64,000 nt of DNA from a bacterium (GCA_963628435.1 CAVGEY010000013.1:471-64470); one strand, 5' to 3'; counted from the first letter of the stretch, positions 8,803 to 19,497 are shown. The notes: a model not told the origin generated them from the sequence alone. A program made the numbers and translations.

Positions 8803-9525
8803 ATGAACCGTAACGATAATGCGGACGGTATCTGTATGACTGAAAACAGGAAGAAAATAGATATATTGTATGACGATAAAGAGCTGACGGTTGCAGTAAA
8901 ACCGTCGGGTATTCTGTCCGAACATACCGAAAAAAATGACGGCTTTCCCGATATACTTGCCGACTTGCTGCCCGAAAAAGCGGAGCTTTTCTCGGTACAT
9001 AGACTTGACGGCCCGACGGCGGGAGTTATGGTATTCGCCAAAACAAAAGCCGCGGCGGCGGCTCTTTCGGCCGATTTTTCGAACGGAAAAATAAAAAAGG
9101 AATATCTTGCGGTTTTGTGCGGATGTCCCGATGAGACTCACGCCGAACTTACCGATCTGCTTTTTTACGATAAGCGAAGCTCGAAGAGTTATGTCGAACA
9201 TCGTATGAGAAAAGGCGTTCGTGAAGCCACGCTTGAATATTCGGTTGTTGACACTGCCGAAAAAGACGGATCTAAGCTGACACTCGTAAAAGTGATGCTG
9301 AAAACCGGAAGAACACATCAGATAAGAGCCCAGTTTGCCTCGCGACGTCTGCCGCTTTTTGCCGACAGAAGATACGGCGGAAAGGGAAACGGCAATATCG
9401 GACTTTTCTGCCGCTCGATTACATTCAAACATCCGTCAAGCGGCAGAACTATGACTTTCGAATCTCCTGTCGATAATGTCTGCCCGTGGACTCTTTTCGG
9501 CACACTCGAAAAAAATTTTCAATAA
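8803..9525 (+). CDS. RluA-family pseudouridine synthase
   Basis: Carries the catalytic motif HRLDGPTAGVMVFAKT and the GRTHQIRAQ motif. ATG 8803 is preceded by AAAGAGG. Confidence 0.8.
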   Translation: MNRNDNADGICMTENRKKIDILYDDKELTVAVKPSGILSEHTEKNDGFPDILADLLPEKAELFSVHRLDGPTAGVMVFAKTKAAAAALSADFSNGKIKKEYLAVLCGCPDETHAELTDLLFYDKRSSKSYVEHRMRKGVREATLEYSVVDTAEKDGSKLTLVKVMLKTGRTHQIRAQFASRRLPLFADRRYGGKGNGNIGLFCRSITFKHPSSGRTMTFESPVDNVCPWTLFGTLEKNFQ

Positions 9526-9594
9526 AATGTCAAACTCCGTAATGCAGGCCGAACGGCTGTATTACGGAGTTTCTCGTATGTTTGTTTGCCGAAT

Positions 9595-10464
9595 TTAATC
9601 GATTTTACGGTAGATAAGTATTTCAAATCCCGCTTCGGTTTCGAGACTTTCAAGAGCCGAAATGCGTTCTCTGTCGCTGTCGCTTGTGCGGTAATAATAA
9701 GGTGTCATCTGAAAGAGCGCATCGATGAGCTCGTGCGACGGCAGCGTAATGCGGTAGGACAGCTCTTTCTTCCCGATAAATTCAAATCGGTCGATTTGAT
9801 ACGGCTGAATTTCATTTTCGTACGGCGTGTCGTATATGGCCGCCTTTAACTCAAAAAGATGCCGCCTTGACGGAATGACTCTGATCATGTATCCGCCGCC
9901 TTTCAGCGTGCGTATGAATTCGTCATGTGCATACGGCGAAAATATGCTTGTTATGCCGTCGAATGAACTGTCGGCAAACGGAAGGTGATAAACGCTCGCG
10001 ACTGCGGCTCTCGGAATGTCAAGATGAGCGGCGATTGCCGGGCGGCCTTTCAAGATTGACAACGCATCCTTGGATATGTCTATTCCGTAGATTTCGGAAT
10101 TCGGAATTTTTTCGTACATTTTCTCGGTGTAATAACCTTCACCGCAGCCTGCGTCGAGTATGGCGGGATGCTGCGGAAGACAGCTTAGCAGAATCTCGCA
10201 GACGGACTCGCGTAAATTTTCGTAATATCCGCCGTCAAGAAAGAGTCTGCGTGCGGCAATCATTTTTTTGTTGTCGCCGTGCCCCGATTTTCCGGATACC
10301 GCCGAGTGTGAGCCGTGCGATGTCGGCATCAGATTGACATATCCCGATTTGGCAATATCAAAGCAGTGCATCTTTTCGCATGTAAGCGATTTGCCTTTTG
10401 CGTAAAGTTTTGCCCCGCATATCGGACATATAAAAAGCGTTTCTTTATCGGTACCGATCGCCAT
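9595..10464 (-). CDS. rlmA: 23S rRNA (guanine-N1)-methyltransferase RlmA-like (Zn-ribbon + SAM MTase)
   Basis: An N-terminal CPICG...CEKMHC zinc ribbon is followed by the SAM motif ILDAGCGEGYY. The ORF extends to 10509, but the GGTGG RBS favours ATG 10464. Confidence 0.7.
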   Translation of the reverse strand: MAIGTDKETLFICPICGAKLYAKGKSLTCEKMHCFDIAKSGYVNLMPTSHGSHSAVSGKSGHGDNKKMIAARRLFLDGGYYENLRESVCEILLSCLPQHPAILDAGCGEGYYTEKMYEKIPNSEIYGIDISKDALSILKGRPAIAAHLDIPRAAVASVYHLPFADSSFDGITSIFSPYAHDEFIRTLKGGGYMIRVIPSRRHLFELKAAIYDTPYENEIQPYQIDRFEFIGKKELSYRITLPSHELIDALFQMTPYYYRTSDSDRERISALESLETEAGFEILIYRKID

Positions 10465-10603
10465 AAACCGAAATCCACCTGCCTCGCAATTTTTCTTAAA
10501 CATTATCATTTTATCAGAAAATAAAAAAAAGTCAATAGAGCGGTGATTTCGCTTGAAATCATTTTGACGTTATGATATAATCGAAAAAAAGGAGATGAGA
10601 CCG

Positions 10604-11557
10604 ATGGAACAACACGATGAGCATTTTTTTGATGGGCTGAACAGCCGCAGCGTTATTGCCGTTGTCGGCCCGACAGCATCGGGTAAAAGCTCGCTTTCGG
10701 TGCGTATTGCATCCGAAATCGGCGGTGAAATCGTCTCATGCGATTCGATGCAGGTTTATCGGGGAATGAATATCGGAACGGCGAAAATAACTCCCGAGGA
10801 GATGATGGGCATACCTCATTATCTGATCGATGTCGCAGATCCCGATGCACCTTTTTCGTGCGCCGATTATACCGTTCTTGCCCGTGCGGCGATTGATGAT
10901 ATAATTTCGCGCGGGAAAATACCGATACTCTGTGGCGGTACCGGCCTTTATTTGGAAAGCGCGGTTTATGACAGAACAATGGAATCGCCGGGCGGCGATG
11001 CCGAAATAAGAGCCGAACTCGACGCGAGAAGCAATGACGAAAACTATTCGGAACTGCTCGAAGTCGATCCCGAATCGGCGGCGGCAATTCATAAAAATAA
11101 CAGAAAAAGAGTTATTCGCGCTCTTGAAATATACCGCGTTTCGGGAATTTCCAAAAGCGAGTGGGACAGAAAATCCAAAATCAATTCAAGCGGCTATGAT
11201 GCACGAATCGCGGTTCTTGACGCGTCGGATAGGGAATTCCTTTATAAAAGAGCGGACAGCCGTGTCGATAAGATGATGTCGGACGGACTGCTTGAAGAGG
11301 TCAGAAGTCTCTCTCTTAATCCCGCATCCACCGCGGGACAGGCAATCGGCTATAAAGAACTCGAAATATATCTTGACGGCGGGTGTACTCTCGATGAGGC
11401 GATTGAAAATATCAAACGCGCAAGCCGCAATTATATAAAAAGACAGATAACATGGTTTAAGAGATATAAATCGGCATACAGGATAGATATTTGCGATCCC
11501 GATTCGGCCGATAATTTTGTAAAATTATTGTTAAAAAACCTCCCCTGTAATAAATAA
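10604..11557 (+). CDS. miaA: tRNA dimethylallyltransferase
   Basis: Carries the P-loop VVGPTASGKS, plus DSMQVYRGMNIGTAK and PILCGGTGLY. AAGGAG lies 9 nt before ATG 10604. Confidence 0.9.
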   Translation: MEQHDEHFFDGLNSRSVIAVVGPTASGKSSLSVRIASEIGGEIVSCDSMQVYRGMNIGTAKITPEEMMGIPHYLIDVADPDAPFSCADYTVLARAAIDDIISRGKIPILCGGTGLYLESAVYDRTMESPGGDAEIRAELDARSNDENYSELLEVDPESAAAIHKNNRKRVIRALEIYRVSGISKSEWDRKSKINSSGYDARIAVLDASDREFLYKRADSRVDKMMSDGLLEEVRSLSLNPASTAGQAIGYKELEIYLDGGCTLDEAIENIKRASRNYIKRQITWFKRYKSAYRIDICDPDSADNFVKLLLKNLPCNK

Positions 11558-11673
11558 AGATAAAAATGTGCTATAATAAACTGATTAAAATAAGAAAAAT
11601 CAGATTGTGAAAATGCAGGATTGCAGACCGACAACCGCATAGCGGTATCGAAAGGACGGTGCAGTGACAATAG

Positions 11674-12909
11674 ATGGATAAACGTTATTTGTCACGTGTT
11701 GCAATCTATTTGCTGCTCGGAATTTTCGCGGTTGCGATTGTGTGTGAGCTTTGCTATCAGTTTTACGATTCGGCATACGAGAGTGTCGAAACGGTTGATG
11801 CCGTGAAACGCGAACTCACCCTTACCGCCGACGGAGTCGGAATTATCTTCAGAGAAGAAACGGTAATCGGCGGAGAGGACGGCAGTTTTTACAGTTATCT
11901 CGCATCCGACGGCGAAAAGGTAAGCAGCGGACAGACGGTGGCCCGGATGTCTGCGGGAAGCGACGAGGTAAAAAAGGCACAAGCCGAAATCGACGAATTG
12001 AACGATGAGATAAGCTGCCTTGAAAAAGCACAGTCGGCGGCACACGGCTATTCGGTTACATCGATTGAGACGGCGATTGCCGAACTGCGTTCATCGATAG
12101 TCGAAAATGCGGCAGACGGCAGTCTTTCCGAACTGAGTTCGAAAACCGACGAACTGTCGGTTTTGCTTGCGGCATCTAAAATTGTTCGCGGTGAGATAAA
12201 AAACTATAATGATAAAATCGCGGCACTTGAAAAAGAAATAGATGAGCTTGAAAAAAACATCATAATAACCGGAAAGGTGAAATCGCCGAAGTCTGGCTAT
12301 TTTTACAGTTATACCGACGGTTGCGAACAGATTATTTCGGTCGATGATATCGATACGATAACGCTTGATGACTGCGAAAAAGCGGTCGAATTTGTCACTG
12401 ACCGTGACGGCGGCGACTCAAACGATGTCGGTAAGGTTGTAAATTCGTTCGATTGGTATTCGATTTGCATAGTCGACAGTGATCCCAAATTCGGATTTTC
12501 CGAAGGAAAAACATATACGGTTGTGTTCGGACAGACCGAAACGGAAATGACTCTCTGTCGCATAATCAAATCCGACGGCTCGGATAAAACGGCGCTTGTT
12601 TTCAAATCGGAACGCACGGTAGACGGATTCGACTATTCGAGAATTCAGCAGGTAAGCGTAGTATACGACAGTATTCTCGGATATGATGTGCCGTCCGAGG
12701 CGGTGCATATCGAAGACGGCGTTTCGGGCGTTTATGTTCTGCACGGAAATGTGGTTGAATTCCGTGAAATCAAATCGGTATACGGCGACTCCGGAATGTT
12801 TTTCTCGGAGGACGGATTCGAAGCAAGCGACGGCAAAACCGCACTCAGCTTTTACGATCTCATAATCGTACGCGGAAAGGATCTTTATGTCGGAAAAATT
12901 GTCAGTTGA
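11674..12909 (+). CDS. HlyD-like membrane-fusion / coiled-coil membrane protein, function unknown
   Basis: Has an N-terminal TM helix, a long coiled-coil (KKAQAEIDELNDEI..., IAALEKEIDELEKN) and a beta-rich C-terminus. It heads the ylmE-sepF cluster. Confidence 0.5.
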   Translation: MDKRYLSRVAIYLLLGIFAVAIVCELCYQFYDSAYESVETVDAVKRELTLTADGVGIIFREETVIGGEDGSFYSYLASDGEKVSSGQTVARMSAGSDEVKKAQAEIDELNDEISCLEKAQSAAHGYSVTSIETAIAELRSSIVENAADGSLSELSSKTDELSVLLAASKIVRGEIKNYNDKIAALEKEIDELEKNIIITGKVKSPKSGYFYSYTDGCEQIISVDDIDTITLDDCEKAVEFVTDRDGGDSNDVGKVVNSFDWYSICIVDSDPKFGFSEGKTYTVVFGQTETEMTLCRIIKSDGSDKTALVFKSERTVDGFDYSRIQQVSVVYDSILGYDVPSEAVHIEDGVSGVYVLHGNVVEFREIKSVYGDSGMFFSEDGFEASDGKTALSFYDLIIVRGKDLYVGKIVS

Positions 12910-13621
12910 TTTTGAAACCGCCGAGTTTTTGAAAAAGAATTTCAACAGCGTTAGAAGCAGAATCGAAGCGGTATCAAACGGTGCGGATATAAGAATTGTC
13001 GGCGCAACCAAAACGGTTGACGCGTCGGTAATAAATTATGCCGCCGAAAATCTCGGACTTACCGATATAGGTGAAAACCGTGTTCAGGAGCTTGTCGCCA
13101 AATATGACAGCCTGCAAAAAGACAGACTTAATATTCATTTTATAGGCAGACTGCAAACCAATAAGGTAAAATATATAATCGATAAAGTCTGCCTGATTCA
13201 GTCGGTTGACAGTATCGGACTTGCGGCGGAAATCGATAAACAGGCAAAAAAACACGGCAGGATAATGGATATACTGATTGAGGTAAATGTCGCCGGAGAA
13301 CTGTCGAAGGGCGGGGCCGCACCCGATGAAGTCGTGGGACTTGCGGAAAAAATAAGCGGCCTGCCGAATGTCAGACTTGTCGGACTTATGTCGGTACCCC
13401 CGAAAGATGACGGCGATGAAGAATACCGCATACATTTCAAAAAGACGGGAGAACTTCTCGAAACACTCGAAAAAAATCGACTTGTTGATGTCGGGCATCC
13501 CGTATTGTCAATGGGAATGTCGGACAGCTACGAATGTGCGGTCGAATGCGGCGCGAATATGGTGAGAATAGGATCGGCACTTTTCGGCGCGCGTGATTAT
13601 AAAGTCAAAAAGCAAAATTAA
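12887..13621 (+). CDS. ylmE: YggS/YlmE family pyridoxal-phosphate homeostasis protein
   Basis: Motifs VGATKTV, HFIGRLQTNKVK, MGMSDSYE and VRIGSALFG. The gene overlaps the upstream gene by 23 nt. Confidence 0.9.
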   Translation: MSEKLSVDFETAEFLKKNFNSVRSRIEAVSNGADIRIVGATKTVDASVINYAAENLGLTDIGENRVQELVAKYDSLQKDRLNIHFIGRLQTNKVKYIIDKVCLIQSVDSIGLAAEIDKQAKKHGRIMDILIEVNVAGELSKGGAAPDEVVGLAEKISGLPNVRLVGLMSVPPKDDGDEEYRIHFKKTGELLETLEKNRLVDVGHPVLSMGMSDSYECAVECGANMVRIGSALFGARDYKVKKQN

Positions 13622-13658
13622 AATATAACAACCATTTCTTGAAACGGAGGATAATATA

Positions 13659-14153
13659 ATGAGCGTTAAAGATTATTTCAGCAAGTTATTCGAGGAACCC
13701 CAGACAACCGAAGAAGAAAACGAGGCTGCATATATCGAACATGAAGAACAGCCTGTCAAGGAGGAAAAATTATCAATGGAAAAGAACGATTTTGCAAGAA
13801 ACGACTCGGTAAAAAACGATAATGCTTATACAAGAGCGGTAAGAGGCGACAGCACACCGTCATCATCGGTGCTTGAACTTAAGGTTGTAAGACCGGAAAG
13901 CTATGCCGCAGTCGGACAGATTGCCGATCACCTTCTCAATCGTTGCACCGTCGTACTCAATCTTGAGGCAACCGAAAAAGATACGGCAAGAAGAATTGTC
14001 GATTTTCTGAACGGCGTCGCATACTCGATTGACGGTCAGATTAAGCCGGTAGCCAACAATACATTTGTTATCACCCCCAAAAACGTATCGATTTCGGGCG
14101 AACAGCTTACCGATGCGAGAAACGGCAAAACAAATTCGGGCGACGAGTTTTGA
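13659..14153 (+). CDS. sepF: Cell division protein SepF
   Basis: The conserved C-terminal domain reads VVRPESYAAVGQIADHLLNRCTVVLNLE...FLNGVAYSIDGQ. Synteny with ylmE and ylmG supports the call. Confidence 0.9.
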   Translation: MSVKDYFSKLFEEPQTTEEENEAAYIEHEEQPVKEEKLSMEKNDFARNDSVKNDNAYTRAVRGDSTPSSSVLELKVVRPESYAAVGQIADHLLNRCTVVLNLEATEKDTARRIVDFLNGVAYSIDGQIKPVANNTFVITPKNVSISGEQLTDARNGKTNSGDEF

Positions 14154-14193
14154 TAAAATTCGGATAGTATAGAGAAGAAATGTGGTGCGGTAG

Positions 14194-14472
14194 TTGAATT
14201 CGGTCATATATGTTGTGGTTACGGTTGTGTCCGTCTTTTTGTCGGTTGAGCAGATTTTAATGCTCATAAGAGCCGTATTTTCGTGGATACAGCCGGATGA
14301 AGGCAATAAAATATATATGTTTCTGTATTATGCCACCGAGCCGCTGATAGCACCCGTGCGTGCGCTTCTCGAACGGTTTGATGCGGTTGCGAATATGCCT
14401 TTTGATGTTTCGTTTACCGTGACATGGCTGCTTCTCTATGTTATTCGTCTTTTTTTGCCGAACCTGAAGTAA
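14194..14472 (+). CDS. ylmG: YggT family membrane protein
   Basis: A small two-TM protein in the canonical position after sepF. The TTG start is uncertain. Confidence 0.7.
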   Translation: MNSVIYVVVTVVSVFLSVEQILMLIRAVFSWIQPDEGNKIYMFLYYATEPLIAPVRALLERFDAVANMPFDVSFTVTWLLLYVIRLFLPNLK

Positions 14473-14488
14473 AATCGGATACCCGTAA

Positions 14489-15268
14489 ATGAAAACCAAA
14501 AATAATAATGATAAGTCCGCCGATTTCTTTTCACAAAGAATCGGCGAACTTGCACGCCGTGCGATGTCGGGCGAAATATGCGCCACACGGTTTTTGACAC
14601 CCGAAGAGTTTGTACATGCAAAATCCGTCCTCTGCGGTTTTTCCGAGCTGTCGATCTCTTTTTTCGGAGGATACGCCGATGCGGAACGGGGAATACTTGT
14701 AATATACCCGAATTATATACCCGAAGAGTCGATTTCGCAGGCCGATTATATTACACCTGTTTCAATAATCACAAGCGGATATGTCCGCCTTGAACACAGA
14801 TCTTTTCTCGGCTCGCTGATCGGAATCGGCATCGAACGCGATGCAATAGGCGACATACTGATTGAGGGTGATACGGCAACCGTTTTTGTCAGCCCGTCGG
14901 TGGCCGATTTTCTGCTCTCGTTTGAACATCCGCTTGAAAAAGTCGGATCCGATAAAGTTACGGTAAAAGCGGGTGATGCCGAGAAAATATCAACCTACCG
15001 AAGAAGTTTTACCGAAACCGTCATAGTTGTTTCGTCGCCGCGAGTCGACTGTATAACGGCGGAACTCGGTAAAATGTCGCGTGAAAAAGCGAAAGAAGCG
15101 ATTTCACACGGAGAAGTCAGCCTGAACCATGTAACCGAAATCGAGCCGGCCGACATTTTGAAGGCAGGAGATACGATATCGATTCGCAGACACGGAAAAT
15201 TCAAAATAGGAGAGATAAATCTTACACGCAAGGACAGATTCAGAATTTCCGTATTTGTTTACGGTTAA
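14489..15268 (+). CDS. ylmH: S4-domain RNA-binding protein YlmH
   Basis: Lies in the conserved position between ylmG and divIVA. The C-terminus carries an S4-like segment (RVDCITAELGKMSREKAKEAISHGEVSLN). Confidence 0.8.
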   Translation: MKTKNNNDKSADFFSQRIGELARRAMSGEICATRFLTPEEFVHAKSVLCGFSELSISFFGGYADAERGILVIYPNYIPEESISQADYITPVSIITSGYVRLEHRSFLGSLIGIGIERDAIGDILIEGDTATVFVSPSVADFLLSFEHPLEKVGSDKVTVKAGDAEKISTYRRSFTETVIVVSSPRVDCITAELGKMSREKAKEAISHGEVSLNHVTEIEPADILKAGDTISIRRHGKFKIGEINLTRKDRFRISVFVYG

Positions 15269-15308
15269 AGCGTGTTTTAAGACTTAATGAAAGGAATGAT
15301 CCACTGGT

Positions 15309-16127
15309 ATGTTTTTGCCCTATGAGCTTGAAGGCAAAGTGTTCAAGAAGGTCATGAAGGGTTATAATACCGCCGAGGTTGATGAACACATAGAATTTCT
15401 GCTCGATAAATATAAAGAACTTTATCGGGCATATAAAGAACTTGAAAAAAAATACTCCGGCGTCAAGGCCGAGCTTATGACATATAAGGAAAACGAAGAA
15501 TCGATAAGACAGACACTTGAAAGTTCGCGCGAAACGGGTGCGCAGATGATGACAGCCGCAAAAGACAGATCCGAGATCATACTGAAAACCGCAAGGGAAG
15601 AGTGCGATGCGGTTATTTCGGACTTCAAAAAGCAGGTAGAAGAGCAGATGAATCTGTATGACGAGATGAAAGCAAAAGTCTCGGAATTCAAAAAGGATAT
15701 TTTCGAGCAGTATCAGCGGCATATAGAATATCTCGAATCGATTTCTCCCGACGAAGAAGAAACGTCCCACCCCGATATCGATGAAATAAGAAGCGAAACG
15801 GTCGGAAAGATTGTAATAAAATCGAACAGAAGAATTGTCGACAGAAATTTCGCTCCGAATATTACGACGGATAATTCCGTCGAAGACGGCATTGACATAT
15901 ACGAAAATTCGGATGTCGGCGAAGATGCCGCCGCAAAAGCGGCAGATGCTGCCGAAACGGCGGAAAATACCGATACCGAAAAGACTGATATGACCGATGC
16001 CGAAAAAACAGATGGCGCCGGCAATGCGGGAGAACATAAGGAAGACACAATGGAGTATCCCGTAATTCCCGAAATTTCCGCCGAAGTCAGCAGAGCGGAA
16101 GATATTATTTTCGGAAACAATCAATAA
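15309..16127 (+). CDS. divIVA: DivIVA-domain cell division protein with acidic C-terminal region
   Basis: The N-terminus F..VMKGYNTAEVDEHIEFL is the DivIVA signature. A coiled coil follows, then a T/D/E-rich tail. Confidence 0.85.
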   Translation: MFLPYELEGKVFKKVMKGYNTAEVDEHIEFLLDKYKELYRAYKELEKKYSGVKAELMTYKENEESIRQTLESSRETGAQMMTAAKDRSEIILKTAREECDAVISDFKKQVEEQMNLYDEMKAKVSEFKKDIFEQYQRHIEYLESISPDEEETSHPDIDEIRSETVGKIVIKSNRRIVDRNFAPNITTDNSVEDGIDIYENSDVGEDAAAKAADAAETAENTDTEKTDMTDAEKTDGAGNAGEHKEDTMEYPVIPEISAEVSRAEDIIFGNNQ

Positions 16128-16168
16128 TTTATAAAATATAAATGGCAAAATAAAGGAGCAATCAAGAT

Positions 16169-18958
16169 ATGTCAAAGGACTATACGCAGTCACTTAATCT
16201 GCCGCAGACCGAATTTCCCATGAGAGCAAACCTTCCGGCACGTGAGCCCGAAATGCTTGAGTCATGGAAAAAAATCGATCTGTACAATCTTATCAATAAG
16301 AAAAATGCCGATAAGCCGATGTTTGAACTTCATGACGGCCCTCCTTTTTCGAACAATAACATTCACATGGGAACGGCAATGAATAAAATTCTCAAGGATT
16401 TTATAAACCGCTCGAAAATGATGAGAGGATATAAGGTTCCGTATACTCCGGGATGGGATAACCACGGCATGCCGATTGAATCGGCGATTATCAAGCAGAA
16501 TAAACTTGACCGTAAAAAAATGTCGGTACCCGAATTCAGACGCGCCTGCCACGCTTTCGCGCAGAAATATGTAGATATTCAGATGGAATCGTTTAAGCGC
16601 CTCGGTGTACTCGGCGATTGGGAACATCCGTATACAACAATGGCTCCGTGGTTTGAGGCAAGAGAGCTGAAGGTGTTCGGCGAAATGTTCAAGAAGGGCT
16701 ATATATACAGGGGAATGAAGCCTGTTTATTGGTGTCCCTACGATGAAACCGCGCTTGCCGAAGCCGAGATTGAGTACAGCGAAGACGAATGTACCTCGGT
16801 CTATGTGAAATTCCGCGTAAATGATGATAAGGGACTGCTCGGAAATGTCTGCGATTTGTCGAAAACATATTTTATTATATGGACAACAACAATATGGACA
16901 CTTCCCGGAAACCTTGCCATTGCGGTAAATCCCAAAGAAGATTATGCGGTTGTAAAGGCAAACGGTGAATTTTATATTGTCGCAAACGCACTTGCCGAAG
17001 CGACAATGAGCGCGGGCGGTGTTTCCGACTATGAGATTGTCGCAAACTTCAAGGGCAAAGAACTCGAATTCGTAACCGCCGATCACCCGTTCCTTGATCG
17101 TGTTGTTCCGATAGTAAATGCCGACTATGTTACAATGGACAGCGGTACAGGCTGCGTTCATACGGCAGGCGGATTCGGCGCAGATGACTATGTGACCTGC
17201 CGCAGATATAATATTGATATAATCGTACCCGTCGATGACAGAGGTTTCCAGACGGAAGATGCCGGAAAGTATGCGGGAATGCGCTACGATAAGTCAAATG
17301 AGGCCATACTTGCCGACCTTACCGAGAGCGGCGCGCTTTTCGCGTCCGCTAAAATGATTCACCAGTATCCGCATTGCTGGAGATGTAAAAATCCGATAAT
17401 TTACCGTGCGACACCTCAGTGGTTCTGTTCGGTCGACGCATTTAAGGAAGATGCCGTAAAGGCGTGCGATGATGTCGACTGGATTCCCGAATGGGGCGGC
17501 GACAGAATGGTTCAGATGATTCGCGGCAGAGCCGACTGGTGCATCTCGCGTCAGCGTCATTGGGGACTCCCGATTCCCGTTTTCTACTGTGAATCATGCG
17601 GAGAGCCGATTTGCAACGATGATACGATAAATAAGCTCTCAAAACTTTTCGGAGAAAACGGAAGCAATGTTTGGTTTGAAAAATCACCCGAGGAACTGCT
17701 CCCCGATGGATTTGTATGCCCGAAATGCGGCGGAAAATCATTTGTCAAGGACAGCAATACTCTCGACGGATGGTTTGATTCCGGCTCCTCTCATTTTGCG
17801 GTTCTCGAAAATAAAGAGGGACATAAATGGCCCGCGGATTTGTATCTTGAAGGTGCCGACCAGTACAGAGGCTGGTTCCAGTCCTCTCTGCTCTGTGCCG
17901 TAGGCTCAAAGGGACAGGGCGCGCCTTATAAGCAGGTGCTTACTCACGGCTGGGTAGTTGACGGCAAGGGAGAAGCAATGCATAAATCCAAAGGCAATAC
18001 GGTGCTCCCCGATGATATGGTAAAAAAATACGGCGCCGATATTGTCAGACTGTGGGTAGCATCATCCGATTACAGGATGGATGTCCGCTGCTCGGATGTT
18101 ATATTCAAACAGCTCTCCGAGTCTTACCGTAAGATAAGAAATACCGCTCGTATCCTTCTCGCAAATCTCGGTGATTTCAATCCGGATACCGATATGGTAG
18201 AACTTGACGAAATGTACGACATCGACAGATGGATTGTTTCGAGAGTCAACTCTTTTGTAAAGACCGCGCTTAATGGATATGACGATTACGAGTTCCATGT
18301 AATATGCCAGCTGCTGAACAATTTCTGCACAACCGATCTTTCAAAGCTTTATATCGATATAACCAAAGACCGCACCTATGTCGAGGCTGCGGGAAGTAAG
18401 GCAAGACGCAGCGCACAGAGCGCAATGTATATTGTCCTTTCCGAAATGACACGTATAATCGCTCCGATTCTGTCATTCACCGCGGATGAAATATGGAAGG
18501 CAATGCCGCATACAAAAGCGGATGATGCCGAAAACGTAATGCTCAATCAGATGCCCGTCTATGACGAAAAGCTTGCATCGCCCGATGCCGAAAAGAAGTA
18601 CGCCGAACTGTTTGAACTGCGTGATACCGTGCTGAAAGCACTCGAACTTGCAAGAAACGATAAGAAAATCGGTAAATCTCTTGACGCAAAACTTAAGATT
18701 TTCGCCGATGAAAATACGGCAAATTATCTTAATTCGTTCGGCGATGACCTGAAGACCGTGTTTATCGTGTCGGGTGTTGAAGTCAGCACCGAAAAGGCTG
18801 ATGACGGCGCATATTCCGAGGAGGACAGTCCGATTTCGGTTGTTGTAGAGCCTGCGGACGGAAGGAAGTGCGACCGTTGCTGGAGCTATGTTGAAAACGG
18901 CGTTGAAGACGGGGACGGTTTCGTATGCAAGAGATGCGCAAAAATTCTCGGACTCTGA
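16169..18958 (+). CDS. ileS: Isoleucine--tRNA ligase
   Basis: 929 aa. A HIGH-like motif (PFSNNNIHMGT), KMSKS-like KSKGN, and C-terminal CxxC...CxxC zinc motifs are present. Confidence 0.97.
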   Translation: MSKDYTQSLNLPQTEFPMRANLPAREPEMLESWKKIDLYNLINKKNADKPMFELHDGPPFSNNNIHMGTAMNKILKDFINRSKMMRGYKVPYTPGWDNHGMPIESAIIKQNKLDRKKMSVPEFRRACHAFAQKYVDIQMESFKRLGVLGDWEHPYTTMAPWFEARELKVFGEMFKKGYIYRGMKPVYWCPYDETALAEAEIEYSEDECTSVYVKFRVNDDKGLLGNVCDLSKTYFIIWTTTIWTLPGNLAIAVNPKEDYAVVKANGEFYIVANALAEATMSAGGVSDYEIVANFKGKELEFVTADHPFLDRVVPIVNADYVTMDSGTGCVHTAGGFGADDYVTCRRYNIDIIVPVDDRGFQTEDAGKYAGMRYDKSNEAILADLTESGALFASAKMIHQYPHCWRCKNPIIYRATPQWFCSVDAFKEDAVKACDDVDWIPEWGGDRMVQMIRGRADWCISRQRHWGLPIPVFYCESCGEPICNDDTINKLSKLFGENGSNVWFEKSPEELLPDGFVCPKCGGKSFVKDSNTLDGWFDSGSSHFAVLENKEGHKWPADLYLEGADQYRGWFQSSLLCAVGSKGQGAPYKQVLTHGWVVDGKGEAMHKSKGNTVLPDDMVKKYGADIVRLWVASSDYRMDVRCSDVIFKQLSESYRKIRNTARILLANLGDFNPDTDMVELDEMYDIDRWIVSRVNSFVKTALNGYDDYEFHVICQLLNNFCTTDLSKLYIDITKDRTYVEAAGSKARRSAQSAMYIVLSEMTRIIAPILSFTADEIWKAMPHTKADDAENVMLNQMPVYDEKLASPDAEKKYAELFELRDTVLKALELARNDKKIGKSLDAKLKIFADENTANYLNSFGDDLKTVFIVSGVEVSTEKADDGAYSEEDSPISVVVEPADGRKCDRCWSYVENGVEDGDGFVCKRCAKILGL

Positions 18959-19497
18959 GAGCGGTGCTGCTCTTTTCGGTTATGACCGGCGTTGTTCTGC
19001 TCGATCAGATTTCAAAAATGCTGATTGTAAAGTATATGGAGATCGGGCAGAGCATACCGCTCATTTCCGGAGTTCTTAATTTTACATATATTACCAACGA
19101 CGGCGCGGCGATGGGTCTGTTTTCGGACTGCAGATGGCTGTTTATGATTCTCGCGCCGGTCGCGGTAGTGGCTATCGTTGTCTATGTAATGGTCTCGAAA
19201 TATGTCGGTACGCTCTATACACTCTCGCTTTCGATGATTGCCGGCGGCGGAATCGGAAATATGATTGACAGAACATTCAACGGCGAGTTCGGCAAAGGCG
19301 TGGTAGTCGATTTCATAGATTTCTGCGCGTTTCCCGAAATTTGGAGATATACATTCAATGTCGCCGATATTTTTGTCTGTGTGGGATCCGGACTTTTGAT
19401 TCTCACCATAATCATTGAAGCCGTTCGTGAGGCTAAAACTTCGAAGGTCGAGAATACCGCAAACGAAGCAAATGGCAAAGAAGAAAACGGTAATTAA
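18925..19497 (+). CDS. lspA: Lipoprotein signal peptidase II
   Basis: Motifs NDGAAMG, VVDFIDF and FNVADIF, with four TM segments. The start is ambiguous (ATG 18925 or 18934), and the gene overlaps the ileS 3' end. Confidence 0.9.
   Translation: MQEMRKNSRTLRAVLLFSVMTGVVLLDQISKMLIVKYMEIGQSIPLISGVLNFTYITNDGAAMGLFSDCRWLFMILAPVAVVAIVVYVMVSKYVGTLYTLSLSMIAGGGIGNMIDRTFNGEFGKGVVVDFIDFCAFPEIWRYTFNVADIFVCVGSGLLILTIIIEAVREAKTSKVENTANEANGKEENGN

Noticed and set aside
15240-16193. 317-aa minus-strand ORF opposite divIVA
   Set aside because: It is antisense to a clear DivIVA gene, and its translation is F/I/R-rich nonsense. The same reasoning applies to 8737-9432, 12418-13011, 3434-4117, 58366-59067, 16262-17161 and 39524-40192.
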